Below, in pieces: positions 18,963 through 27,744 of a stretch of DNA of 64,000 nucleotides (within the stretch, counting starts at the first letter, position 1; every line of letters starts with the position of its first letter). Made by a program: the position numbers and the translations under genes. The notes beneath the pieces are model-generated. The model was given only the letters and a program-made list of their open reading frames with translations, did not search any database and had not been told where the DNA came from. Source of the stretch: a bacterium UBP14_UBA6098 (GTDB taxonomy: Bacteria; UBP14; UBA6098); assembly GCA_002428525.1 (NCBI GenBank), contig DIWU01000020.1:4907-68906 (forward strand). Reading direction: 5' to 3'.

Positions 18963-20075
18963 ATGCCAAAAGTAGATATGAAAGAAATTAAATTCCCGCC
19001 TCGTCGAAACACACGCTCCGTGTGGGTCGGAAGGGTTGAGATAGGTGCGTCCGCGCCTATCTCGATTCAGTCGATGCTTAGTGTTCCACTAACCTCGCTC
19101 GACTCCGCAATCGCGCAAGCACGGGCACTCGGTGAGGCAGGTTGCGATATAATTCGAGTCGCTGTTCCCGATAAGCGAAGTGTCCCGTTTCTGCGCGAGT
19201 TCAGGCAGGCTGTGGATCTGCCGCTCGTGGCCGATATCCATTTCGACTATCGCCTCGCGATAGCCTCCGCGGAGGCCGGTGTCGATAAACTCCGAGTGAA
19301 CCCCGGCAATATCGGATCGCGGGATAAGGTTGCCGCGGTTGCCGAGGCGGCGGCGAGTTTCAATATACCTATTAGAATTGGTGTGAACGCCGGAAGCCTG
19401 CCTCCGGATCTCATCGAACGGCCGGATAGGGCGCAGGCGATGCTTGTTGCGGCGCTTCGGGAGATCGAGGCCGTCGAATCCACCGGTTTCTCAAATCTTG
19501 TAGTCTCGCTAAAATCCCACGATGTCCCCACGACGATCCTCGCTAATCGTATGTTCAGCCGGGTCAGCGATATACCCCTGCACCTCGGCGTCACCGAGGC
19601 CGGTTCCGTGGAGAGCGGTTCGATTAAAAACGCCCTCGGGATCGGCGCGCTGATTCTCGACGGTATAGGCGACACTGTCCGCGTTTCGCTGACTGGCGAC
19701 CCGATCGAGGAGGTGACGGCCGCGCGGGGGATCCTTCGCGCCTGCGGGCGATACTCGAAGGGAATCGAGATAATAAGTTGCCCGACCTGCGGAAGAACTA
19801 AAGTCGATGTCGCTTCGGTTGTCCGAGAGATTGAGCGGCGCCTTCGTTTCTGCGACAAACCGCTCAAGGTTGCGGTTATGGGTTGCGAGGTTAACGGCCC
19901 CGGCGAGGCGCGCGAGGCGGACATCGGTTTCGCGGGGACGGCCGACGGTTTCGTCGTGTTCGAGAGAGGCAAAATTCGCCCGCCGAAGATTCCCTCAAAG
20001 GATGCAATAGAGAGCATTGTCGCGATTGTCGAAGAGGCGGCGTCCATAATCGATAATCGTAAAATTGAGCCTTGA
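18963..20075 (+). CDS. ispG: 4-hydroxy-3-methylbut-2-en-1-yl diphosphate synthase
   Basis: 370 aa with GAPISIQSM, DIIRVAVP, LVADIHFDY, LRVNPGNIG and CPTCGR motifs. Confidence 0.95.
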   Translation: MPKVDMKEIKFPPRRNTRSVWVGRVEIGASAPISIQSMLSVPLTSLDSAIAQARALGEAGCDIIRVAVPDKRSVPFLREFRQAVDLPLVADIHFDYRLAIASAEAGVDKLRVNPGNIGSRDKVAAVAEAAASFNIPIRIGVNAGSLPPDLIERPDRAQAMLVAALREIEAVESTGFSNLVVSLKSHDVPTTILANRMFSRVSDIPLHLGVTEAGSVESGSIKNALGIGALILDGIGDTVRVSLTGDPIEEVTAARGILRACGRYSKGIEIISCPTCGRTKVDVASVVREIERRLRFCDKPLKVAVMGCEVNGPGEAREADIGFAGTADGFVVFERGKIRPPKIPSKDAIESIVAIVEEAASIIDNRKIEP

Positions 20076-20164
20076 GAAGATTTTATATAGCGAAAAGTTA
20101 TTATTTAGTTTATAATATAAAGTTATTGCAGAGGAATATGTAAAACTCTTCTCATCGGTCAACA

Positions 20165-23032
20165 ATGTTGAAACTGACGCTTAGAAACGTTGTATTCTTG
20201 CTGTTGCCGCTCGTCCTCGCGATCGGAACCGCCTCGGGGATACGCTTCAGGCCCGAGCTTGACGACTGGCTCTCCGATCGCGATTCCCTTATTGCCGGTA
20301 TCGAGGAGAAATCGCCGCCCTTCGGATTCATCGACAGAAGGGGTGAGCCCGATGGATTCAATATCGATATCGCACGGTTGTTGGAGGATATTGCCGAGAA
20401 AAAGATATCTTTTTTCTACGCCCCTCATAGCGAGCTTATCTCCGCTTTGGATTCAGGCCGTATCGATTTCATTATTGGGATCGACAAGACAGCTAAACTC
20501 TCGGAGAGACTTGTTTTTCTCGAAAGGGTCTTATACAACGAATACATCCTCTATATTCCGCAAGGCTCGAAACAACCCTCCGGAATGAGCGATCTCGACA
20601 GCCTTCGGATCGGCTATAAAAAGGATTCCCCTGTTTCCGATATTCTCTTGGAAACTCCCGAGATAATCGCTATCGAGTTCGATTCGGACTCGCTCGGTCT
20701 CGATAAAGTTACTCGAAAAGAGATCGATGGCTATATAAGTTCAATTTTGATATGCGATTATATTATTTTACTTAATAAGTGGAGTAATAAAATCGCGTCA
20801 AGTCACAGTATAGTATTTAAATACGACTATACTATCGCCCTCCCTGAGTCATCGCCCGAGTTGAAATCGATTCTGGAAACATCCCTTTCAAGAATGCTTG
20901 TGAGTTCGGAATTCAAAGAGATACAAGCCAAATGGTTCGGCGGTGCCGAAACGAGGATTGTTAATCAGCCCACGTCTTGGATATTCCTCGGTTTCACCTT
21001 GGTTTTCGTATTGATATTGATATTTTTTGCCCATTCCAGAGCTCAAGCGCTATTTTCTCTTAGGTTAGAGGCCAAGAAAAACGATGCTTTGATGAAGAAA
21101 ATATCCGAGCTGAATATTCTCAAGAATACCTTTTTCAAGGCCGCTGATAACGGGAATATTGGAATTTTCACGCTCTCCGACGAGGACGGTATAGAGGCAA
21201 AGTTCATCGATGTGAACGGCGCGATGACGGACATCACTGGTTTTGATGAATCCGCGCTTCTTAAGATGAGTTTTATGGGCATATTCGAGGGGGAAGACCG
21301 CGATAAGGTTATCGAGCGCTATAGGCTTCGCCGCGGCGGAGAGGTTCAGCCGGAATCCTATGATATCGAGTCTGTCCGCGCCGACGGCGAGCGAATCCCA
21401 ATCGAGCTATTCGTGAAAACCATCCAGACCTCCGATAAGCTCCTCACTATCGGTATTATGCGGGATATTTCGCGTCTCAGGACGCTACAGGACAAGCTCA
21501 GCCGTTCCGATCAAAATTTCCGCGAGATGCTATCCGGTCTGCCTCAGGGCGCGGTCGTGCTGAACAAAGAGCGAATAATTTACCTAAACAATGCCTTCCG
21601 CAAGCTTGTCGGCAAAGCCCCCGAGGAGATCCGCGCCTTTGGGATAGAGAAGCTGATCTCGCCGGCGCACCGATCGAAGGTTGAGCGCGTGATCGATAAC
21701 CTCCTTTCCGGTCGGGAAGCCCCGAAGGAGATGGATATCGAGCTTATCGGCCCGCGCAACGACCTCATCCTCACCTCGACGAGGCTCCGGCCGATAGACT
21801 ATTTCGGCGAAAAGGCCGCAATTCTGATCTTCGAGAACCTCTCCGAGGAGGAGCGGCTCCGCAAGCGGCTCGGAATCGAGAACCGAGTCGAGGGCTTGGG
21901 CAAGATCACCGAGCATGTTGTTCTCGAATACAACAACACGCTGATGGGGATTTTGGGGGCGATTTCTCATCTGAGAGACGAGATAGGCGATGATGTTAAT
22001 CTCGCGGAGTATATCGATATTGTCGAAAAGGACGCGGAACGTGCCGCGGTGCTTACACAGAAGTTGCTCAATTTCTCGAAGGATACCGAGAACCGCCCGG
22101 GCGATATTTTATCCATTCATAAAGTCATACGCGACGCCCTTGCACTGACTCCCGGGAACGATCATCCCGCAATTTCAGTCAAAACCGAATTAGAAGCGCG
22201 GCCGGATACAATCTTCGGCAACCTCTCTCAAATACATCAGGCAGTGCTGAACCTCATTGTCAACGCGGTCGAGGCGATGGGCGAGAAGGGAGAGCTTTGT
22301 GTCAAAACCTCTAACTTCAAGTCGGACAGCTCCTTCCTCGCGAATCATCCTGAGGCGCAGAACACGCGCTATATCAGAATCGATTTCATCGACAACGGCC
22401 CGGGAATCCCCGCGAACCTGCTCGAAAATATCTTCGAGCCATTCTTCACGACAAAGGAATTCGGGGCGGGCGCCGGATTAGGCCTTTCCTTGGTGTATAA
22501 AGTTGCGAAGCGGCATAGGGGCTTTGTCGATGTCGAATCCGAAAAGGGCAAGGGTAGCAAATTCACGCTCTATCTACCTGAAGAGATTCAAGAGGCCGCA
22601 GAGGTTGACGATTCGAAAAACCTTCCAATCGGCAACGAAACGATTCTGGTAATAGACGACGAGCCGCATATTCGCACTATTCTCAAGGCCTTGCTGACTA
22701 AGCTCGGTTACGAGGTTCTGCTCGCCTCCGAGGGCCGCGAGGCTATCGAAATCGTCAAATCCAAGCATGGGCAAATCGATCTTATCCTCCTCGATGTTGT
22801 TATGCCGGGGATGAGCGGCCTCGATGTTTTCGAGGCGATAAAGACCCTTCAACCGAATAGCAAGGTCATAATCTCCACCGGCTACGCCAAAGAAGAAACT
22901 GTTAGCGATATGATTCGCAACGGTGCCGAGGCCCTCGTGCGAAAACCCTACCGAGCCGCTACTATTTCGCGTGCGATAAGGCAGGTTCTCGATGCGGGCG
23001 GCGCGGTCGAAGAGGGGCGGGGAAATGACTAA
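20165..23032 (+). CDS. Hybrid sensor histidine kinase / response regulator with a periplasmic solute-binding-like sensor and PAS domains
   Basis: 955 aa. It has an N-terminal SBP_bac_3-like region (PPFGFIDRRGEPDGFNIDIARLL..GRIDFIIGI), a TM segment and two PAS-like regions. These are followed by an HATPase (NLIVNAVEAM, DNGPGIP, GAGAGLGLSLVY) and a receiver (ILVIDDEPHIR..LLDVVMPGMSG). Confidence 0.9.
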   Translation: MLKLTLRNVVFLLLPLVLAIGTASGIRFRPELDDWLSDRDSLIAGIEEKSPPFGFIDRRGEPDGFNIDIARLLEDIAEKKISFFYAPHSELISALDSGRIDFIIGIDKTAKLSERLVFLERVLYNEYILYIPQGSKQPSGMSDLDSLRIGYKKDSPVSDILLETPEIIAIEFDSDSLGLDKVTRKEIDGYISSILICDYIILLNKWSNKIASSHSIVFKYDYTIALPESSPELKSILETSLSRMLVSSEFKEIQAKWFGGAETRIVNQPTSWIFLGFTLVFVLILIFFAHSRAQALFSLRLEAKKNDALMKKISELNILKNTFFKAADNGNIGIFTLSDEDGIEAKFIDVNGAMTDITGFDESALLKMSFMGIFEGEDRDKVIERYRLRRGGEVQPESYDIESVRADGERIPIELFVKTIQTSDKLLTIGIMRDISRLRTLQDKLSRSDQNFREMLSGLPQGAVVLNKERIIYLNNAFRKLVGKAPEEIRAFGIEKLISPAHRSKVERVIDNLLSGREAPKEMDIELIGPRNDLILTSTRLRPIDYFGEKAAILIFENLSEEERLRKRLGIENRVEGLGKITEHVVLEYNNTLMGILGAISHLRDEIGDDVNLAEYIDIVEKDAERAAVLTQKLLNFSKDTENRPGDILSIHKVIRDALALTPGNDHPAISVKTELEARPDTIFGNLSQIHQAVLNLIVNAVEAMGEKGELCVKTSNFKSDSSFLANHPEAQNTRYIRIDFIDNGPGIPANLLENIFEPFFTTKEFGAGAGLGLSLVYKVAKRHRGFVDVESEKGKGSKFTLYLPEEIQEAAEVDDSKNLPIGNETILVIDDEPHIRTILKALLTKLGYEVLLASEGREAIEIVKSKHGQIDLILLDVVMPGMSGLDVFEAIKTLQPNSKVIISTGYAKEETVSDMIRNGAEALVRKPYRAATISRAIRQVLDAGGAVEEGRGND

Positions 23033-23318
23033 TATCTGGGATCTTCATTGGTTTTTCTATCTTTTAGGTTTCATCTTCCTTCCTCGTATTAACCTGCTGT
23101 TATTGTGGTATTTTCAGGGCGGCAACCTTTGGACCTATCCATGGGAGCTTTATATTGCCGGTTGGCTTTGCATGCCGCGGACATTCACCGGCCTTTTAGT
23201 CGCATTCACAACTCAGCAATACAAAGTCGGTGTTTTGCTGACTATTCTCGGTTTCATTATAGACGGCGGCACAAAATACGGTTGGCAAAGGCTTCGCAGG
23301 CGCCGGAGGGACGGGTGA
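23025..23318 (+). CDS. Small membrane protein, hypothetical
   Basis: ATG at 23025 overlaps the kinase stop by 8 nt. It has three hydrophobic helices and an Arg-rich tail. Confidence 0.45.
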   Translation: MTNIWDLHWFFYLLGFIFLPRINLLLLWYFQGGNLWTYPWELYIAGWLCMPRTFTGLLVAFTTQQYKVGVLLTILGFIIDGGTKYGWQRLRRRRRDG

Positions 23319-23325
23319 TGCCGAC

Positions 23326-24048
23326 TTGTTGAGACCTGAAACAGAAAATTGGTCCTTGATCGATGAACGAGTTGATTCCGGTGAACGGAATATGGCCTTC
23401 GACGCCGCGTTATTGCAGTCCGCTATCGAGGGCGCGATCGCCCCTACTCTAAGGTTTTTCGACTGGTCGCGTCCGACTGTCACTATCGGCTATGGCCAAC
23501 CGCGCACCGATATCGATTTCGCGGCTATCTCCCGAGGGGGGCTGGATTTCGCCGTTCGCCCGACTGGCGGGCGGGCGGTTCTGCATTGGGACGAACTGAC
23601 CTATTCCGTGACGATTCCCACGGGGCACGCTATCGCAGAGCTTTCGGTATTGGAAAGCTACAAGCTGATCTCCCTCGCTCTTGCCGCCGGTCTCAAGCGC
23701 TTGGGTCTCGAAATCGATCTCGCAAAGGGCGAGGCGGGCGGACATAAGAACCCCTCTTGCTTCTCCTCGACGAGCAGGTTCGAGATCGCCAGCGCGGGGA
23801 GAAAACTGGTAGGGAGCGCCCAGCGGCGCAAAAGAGGAGCGCTTCTCCAACAAGGCTCTATACCCATCGGCCCCCAGTTCAGAAGACTGCCCGAGTTTTT
23901 CTCCGCGAAAAACGACTTAGGCGAGCTTACCGATAAATCGACGTGCATCTCGGAGTGTATAGAAAACCCGCCCTCTCGAACTGAGATGATTGCCTCGATT
24001 GTCGCGGGTTTCGAAGAAGCTCTTGGAATTAGATTTGAACAACAATAG
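23326..24048 (+). CDS. Lipoate/octanoyl protein ligase family protein (BPL_LplA_LipB domain)
   Basis: NMAFDAALLQ, LRFFDWSRPTVTIGYGQ, VRRPTGGRAVLH-like and GRKLVGSAQRR (conserved Lys) blocks. TTG start. Confidence 0.8.
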   Translation: MLRPETENWSLIDERVDSGERNMAFDAALLQSAIEGAIAPTLRFFDWSRPTVTIGYGQPRTDIDFAAISRGGLDFAVRPTGGRAVLHWDELTYSVTIPTGHAIAELSVLESYKLISLALAAGLKRLGLEIDLAKGEAGGHKNPSCFSSTSRFEIASAGRKLVGSAQRRKRGALLQQGSIPIGPQFRRLPEFFSAKNDLGELTDKSTCISECIENPPSRTEMIASIVAGFEEALGIRFEQQ

Positions 24049-24091
24049 TCGTTTAGTGAATATGAAAATCGGTCAAAAAAACAGAAATACC

Positions 24092-24120
24092 TTGACACTT
24101 GTAAGTTGCCGAAATATTAT
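24092..24120 (+). promoter_or_regulatory. Sigma70-like promoter candidate for the outer-membrane cluster
   Basis: TTGACA (24092-24097), a 17-nt spacer, then TATTAT (24115-24120), about 95 nt upstream of the ATG at 24214. Confidence 0.35.
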
Positions 24121-24213
24121 ATCAAAGTTAAATTTTTGTTGTTCGAGGGCACCGGAAAAACCGGCGTCCGATTTTTACGAAATAAACAAATTCTAAATAG
24201 CAGGGGAGGTTCA

Positions 24214-27200
24214 ATGGTGCACAAACGCGCCCCATTCATAACGATACCTTTAGCTACGCTTTTACTCGCGGTTTCACTTTGGTCGGCCACGACCGGAAAG
24301 ATCGCCGGCACAGTGGTCGATGCGAGCACGGGCGAGCCTCTGATTGGCGTCAATGTTCAGGTTTTCGGTGATTCCGACGACCTCATCGGTGGCGCCGCAA
24401 CCGATTTCGACGGTAGATACTTCATCCTGAATGTCCGACCCGGAATGTATAAGGTGAAGGCCTCCTACGTCGGATATAATTCAGTCACTCAGACCAATGT
24501 CGTCGTGTCATCCGACAGGACTTCGACTATCGACTTCAAACTCGATCAATCGGTGATCAAATCCGAGGAGATCGTTATTACCGCCCAGAAGAAGCAGGTC
24601 GAACTCGATGTGACAACCTCTTCGAGCACCACAACTCAAGACCAAATCGAGAACATGCCGGTTAGCTCGGTCGAGGAAATTCTTCAGGTGAAGGCCGGAA
24701 TCGTCGAGCATCAGGGCGAGCTTCATATGCGCGGCGGTCGCGCGCGCGAGGTCGCCTATATGGTCGATGGTATGCCGGTCACCGATCCGACCTACGGCTA
24801 CCAAGGCCTCAAGGTCTCGACCTCGAGCGTTCAAGAGGTGACGGTTCAGACCGGAAGCTACAACGCCGAATACGGTGGCGCGCTTTCCGGAATCGTCAAT
24901 ATTGTAACCCGCGACGGCGATCCGAACAAGTTCAGCGGAAGCGCAAATTTCCAAACCGACGATCTCGGATTCGACGCGCTCAATAAGTGGTCAACCAATT
25001 CCGACAAGCTCGAGTTCACACTTTCAGGCCCTGAACCGATTTCCACCTATCTACTCCCATTAGTTGGCTTGGAAATTCCCAGAACCAAGAGGATCAGCTA
25101 TTTCCTCTCGGTCACCGGAGAGAATACCGATACGAGACTGCCGTATAATTACCTTTGGGACAATGAAGAGCATGTCGCCTCGAAATACGAGATAACCACG
25201 CCCTATAAGATCGATTACGGCTGGTTCGGTTTCTTCCCCGAGAGGCGTTACAACGAATACAATTTCACATTGAAACTCAAGCAACGCCTTTCGCCCTCGA
25301 TGACATACAATATCACCGGCACGGGCAACTGGACGAAGAACAGGGATTGGTCTTGGGAATATCAATACACCCCGATGACAGCTCACATTCAAGAGCGTCA
25401 GGCCTATCAACTCAGCGCGAGATGGACGCACACCCTCTCGCCGAAGACCTTCTACGAGATCAGAGCGGGCTATTTATACACGAATATGGACTATCTCCCC
25501 GGCGGCCAAGATCCGGACTACTTCGCGGTCGATAGCTCATATTGGGGTAGCCTCGACGACTGGGTCGATCTTAACGGCGACGGAGTCGCTCAGGTGCGCG
25601 TCAAATGGTGGGATTCCAACCGCAACGGCCAGTGGGATTGGTTCGAGTATTGGGAACCGCTGATCGACCGTGTCGATACTATTTGGGCGAACCCCGAGAG
25701 AACGGCTATCACCTCGATAGATACTGTTTTCATCGATGATAGACCCCCGATGGTTGGCGAAGAGCCTTGGTATGAGGTTAACGACAACGGCGTTTTCGAA
25801 CCCCGTCAGACCAACTGGAACAGCTACGTCTCTGCGTTGCCGTTGGATAGAGCTGAACCTTTCATGGATGGAGAGCCTTTCCGCGACGGAATGCCTTTCA
25901 GTATGGGCTTTTACGGTGAATTGATGCGCGGAGCGCCGGTCATCAAAGACGACACGATGTGGGTCGATCTTAACGGCAACAATATCTCCGAAATCGGCGA
26001 GTTTACTTTCGGATCTTATTTTTACAATGATGAATCTATGCCCACTTCGATGCATATCGCCCTCGAGGAAACAACATGGAACGATTGGAACAATAACAGT
26101 AGTGCCGACTGGGGCGAATATCGCGATATCAACGGTGATGGAACCTTCACGGTCCGTAATAGCATCTGTGACTTCATCGATGCCAATGGAAACGGTGTTT
26201 ATGATCTCGGCGAAGAGGGCGAGGCCTTCCTTGACCTGAACGGAAACGGCAGATGGGATGGCGAAAACTACATTCGCGACGATTACGAACCCTATATCGA
26301 TCTCAACGGCAACGGCAAGTGGGACGACACCGACGGCTTCCTCGATCGCGGGTTCAACCGTTATGCCTATTGGCATCGCAGGGAGACCAATGTTATCATG
26401 GCTAAGGCCGATCTAACCTCACAGGTCGATAACAGCAACCAGATCAAGACCGGACTCGAGTTCCAATATATTAATATGAATATGAGCGAAATCCAGTATC
26501 CAGAATTTAAATACGACAGGGAACCGGACGGACAGCTCTACGAGTTGCACGGTGTTTTCCGTAGCTTCTACGAAAGATCGCCGAAGCAGTTCGCATATTA
26601 TATTCAGGATAAGATGGAATACGGCGGCCTTATCGCCAATATCGGCCTGAGGCTCGATGTTTTCCTCCAAGCCGGAGAGGTGCTCGAGGATTCCGTTTCG
26701 CAACAGCTCATCTCGATCCTGCCCGATTACGACCAGATATATAAATCCCAAAGCAGGGTCAGCCCGCGCCTCGGAATGAGCTATCCGATCACGGACAAAT
26801 CTAAGCTGTTCTTTAGCTATGCGCATCTTTACCAGCTTCCGGGATACGATAACTTCTATCAAACCCCGACTCAGGCCAGCCGCGCCGGAAGGCTTCTCGG
26901 CAACCCGAACCTCGGCTACGAGAAGACTGTTATCTATGAGATGGGCGTCGCTTACGGCATCACGAAGGACATTACACTCGAGTTCTCGGGATATTATAAG
27001 GATATCTACGGCCTCCTAAACACGACGCACACTCAGGTCGGCCCTCTTGAGCAGGATGTTTATGAAAACCTCGATTATGCCCGTAGCAGAGGTTTCGAGT
27101 TCACAGCGCGTAAGAACTATTCTAATAGATGGATGCTCGAAGGCAATTATCAGTTTGCCTATGCCTTCGGAAAATCGAGCTCGGATCGTAGCGGCTACGA

Positions 27201-27714
27201 CGCCCTCTTCGACCAAAGCGCGATTCCGCTTCAAGACCTTCCCTTGGACTGGGATGAAAGGCATCAAATCAGCGTCGTCGCGGACTACCGTGTTCTCAAG
27301 GACGATCACCCGGTTGTTTTCGGCCTCAAGATTCCCGACCAGTGGGGTATTAATCTGATCTTCCAATATGGAAGCGGATTCCCCTATACACCGGATATAA
27401 AGAACCCGAACTGGACCCCCGAACCGGGCGAAAAGTCTTGGGAGCGCGAGAACGCCCTTCGTATGCCGGCACATTACAACATCGACCTGAAATTCAATAA
27501 GGATTTCGCGTTCAAGAGTATGAATTACTCCTTCTTCCTTCTCGTCTCGAACCTGACGAACCAGCGCAATGTCGAATCTGTTTACAGCCAGACAGGAGAG
27601 CCGGACGATCCCTACAACGAGGAGGGCGAGGATATAGTTTACGATTGGGCTCTCGATCCCACGCATTGGAGCGCGGAGCGCAATATCCGTTTCGGTTTCG
27701 AGGTTCGTTGGTAA
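24214..27714 (+). CDS. TonB-dependent-receptor-like outer-membrane protein with a CarboxypepD_reg-like N-domain and an acidic Ca-binding-repeat insertion
   Basis: The start was moved to the ATG at 24214 (RBS GGGGAGG). It has a signal peptide, GKIAGTVVDASTGEPLIGVNV..RYFILNVRPGMYKV (CarboxypepD_reg-like), a plug-like region, a long barrel and a terminal ..NIRFGFEVRW. About 8 DxNGDG/DxNGNG motifs lie between about nt 25540 and 26380. Confidence 0.85.
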   Translation: MVHKRAPFITIPLATLLLAVSLWSATTGKIAGTVVDASTGEPLIGVNVQVFGDSDDLIGGAATDFDGRYFILNVRPGMYKVKASYVGYNSVTQTNVVVSSDRTSTIDFKLDQSVIKSEEIVITAQKKQVELDVTTSSSTTTQDQIENMPVSSVEEILQVKAGIVEHQGELHMRGGRAREVAYMVDGMPVTDPTYGYQGLKVSTSSVQEVTVQTGSYNAEYGGALSGIVNIVTRDGDPNKFSGSANFQTDDLGFDALNKWSTNSDKLEFTLSGPEPISTYLLPLVGLEIPRTKRISYFLSVTGENTDTRLPYNYLWDNEEHVASKYEITTPYKIDYGWFGFFPERRYNEYNFTLKLKQRLSPSMTYNITGTGNWTKNRDWSWEYQYTPMTAHIQERQAYQLSARWTHTLSPKTFYEIRAGYLYTNMDYLPGGQDPDYFAVDSSYWGSLDDWVDLNGDGVAQVRVKWWDSNRNGQWDWFEYWEPLIDRVDTIWANPERTAITSIDTVFIDDRPPMVGEEPWYEVNDNGVFEPRQTNWNSYVSALPLDRAEPFMDGEPFRDGMPFSMGFYGELMRGAPVIKDDTMWVDLNGNNISEIGEFTFGSYFYNDESMPTSMHIALEETTWNDWNNNSSADWGEYRDINGDGTFTVRNSICDFIDANGNGVYDLGEEGEAFLDLNGNGRWDGENYIRDDYEPYIDLNGNGKWDDTDGFLDRGFNRYAYWHRRETNVIMAKADLTSQVDNSNQIKTGLEFQYINMNMSEIQYPEFKYDREPDGQLYELHGVFRSFYERSPKQFAYYIQDKMEYGGLIANIGLRLDVFLQAGEVLEDSVSQQLISILPDYDQIYKSQSRVSPRLGMSYPITDKSKLFFSYAHLYQLPGYDNFYQTPTQASRAGRLLGNPNLGYEKTVIYEMGVAYGITKDITLEFSGYYKDIYGLLNTTHTQVGPLEQDVYENLDYARSRGFEFTARKNYSNRWMLEGNYQFAYAFGKSSSDRSGYDALFDQSAIPLQDLPLDWDERHQISVVADYRVLKDDHPVVFGLKIPDQWGINLIFQYGSGFPYTPDIKNPNWTPEPGEKSWERENALRMPAHYNIDLKFNKDFAFKSMNYSFFLLVSNLTNQRNVESVYSQTGEPDDPYNEEGEDIVYDWALDPTHWSAERNIRFGFEVRW

Positions 27715-27744
27715 AAATGAGTATTTGCGATATAAGGAGTCGAT

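Noticed and set aside
24106-24213. N-terminal extensions in the ORF track. These cover 24106-24213, 16353-16514, 50237-50479, 42512-42622, 54714-54779, 35438-35473, 53224-53244 and 9884-9913.
   Set aside because: In each case an internal ATG preceded by a Shine-Dalgarno-like sequence starts a recognisable signal peptide or conserved N-terminus. The extension also overlaps the upstream gene or has non-coding character.
24120-24213. Possible riboswitch or attenuator in the approximately 90-nt leader of the outer-membrane cluster (caccgg-aaaaa-ccggcg hairpin followed by tccgattttt)
   Set aside because: The stem is short and imperfect, and it does not resemble any riboswitch class I know. This is insufficient evidence.
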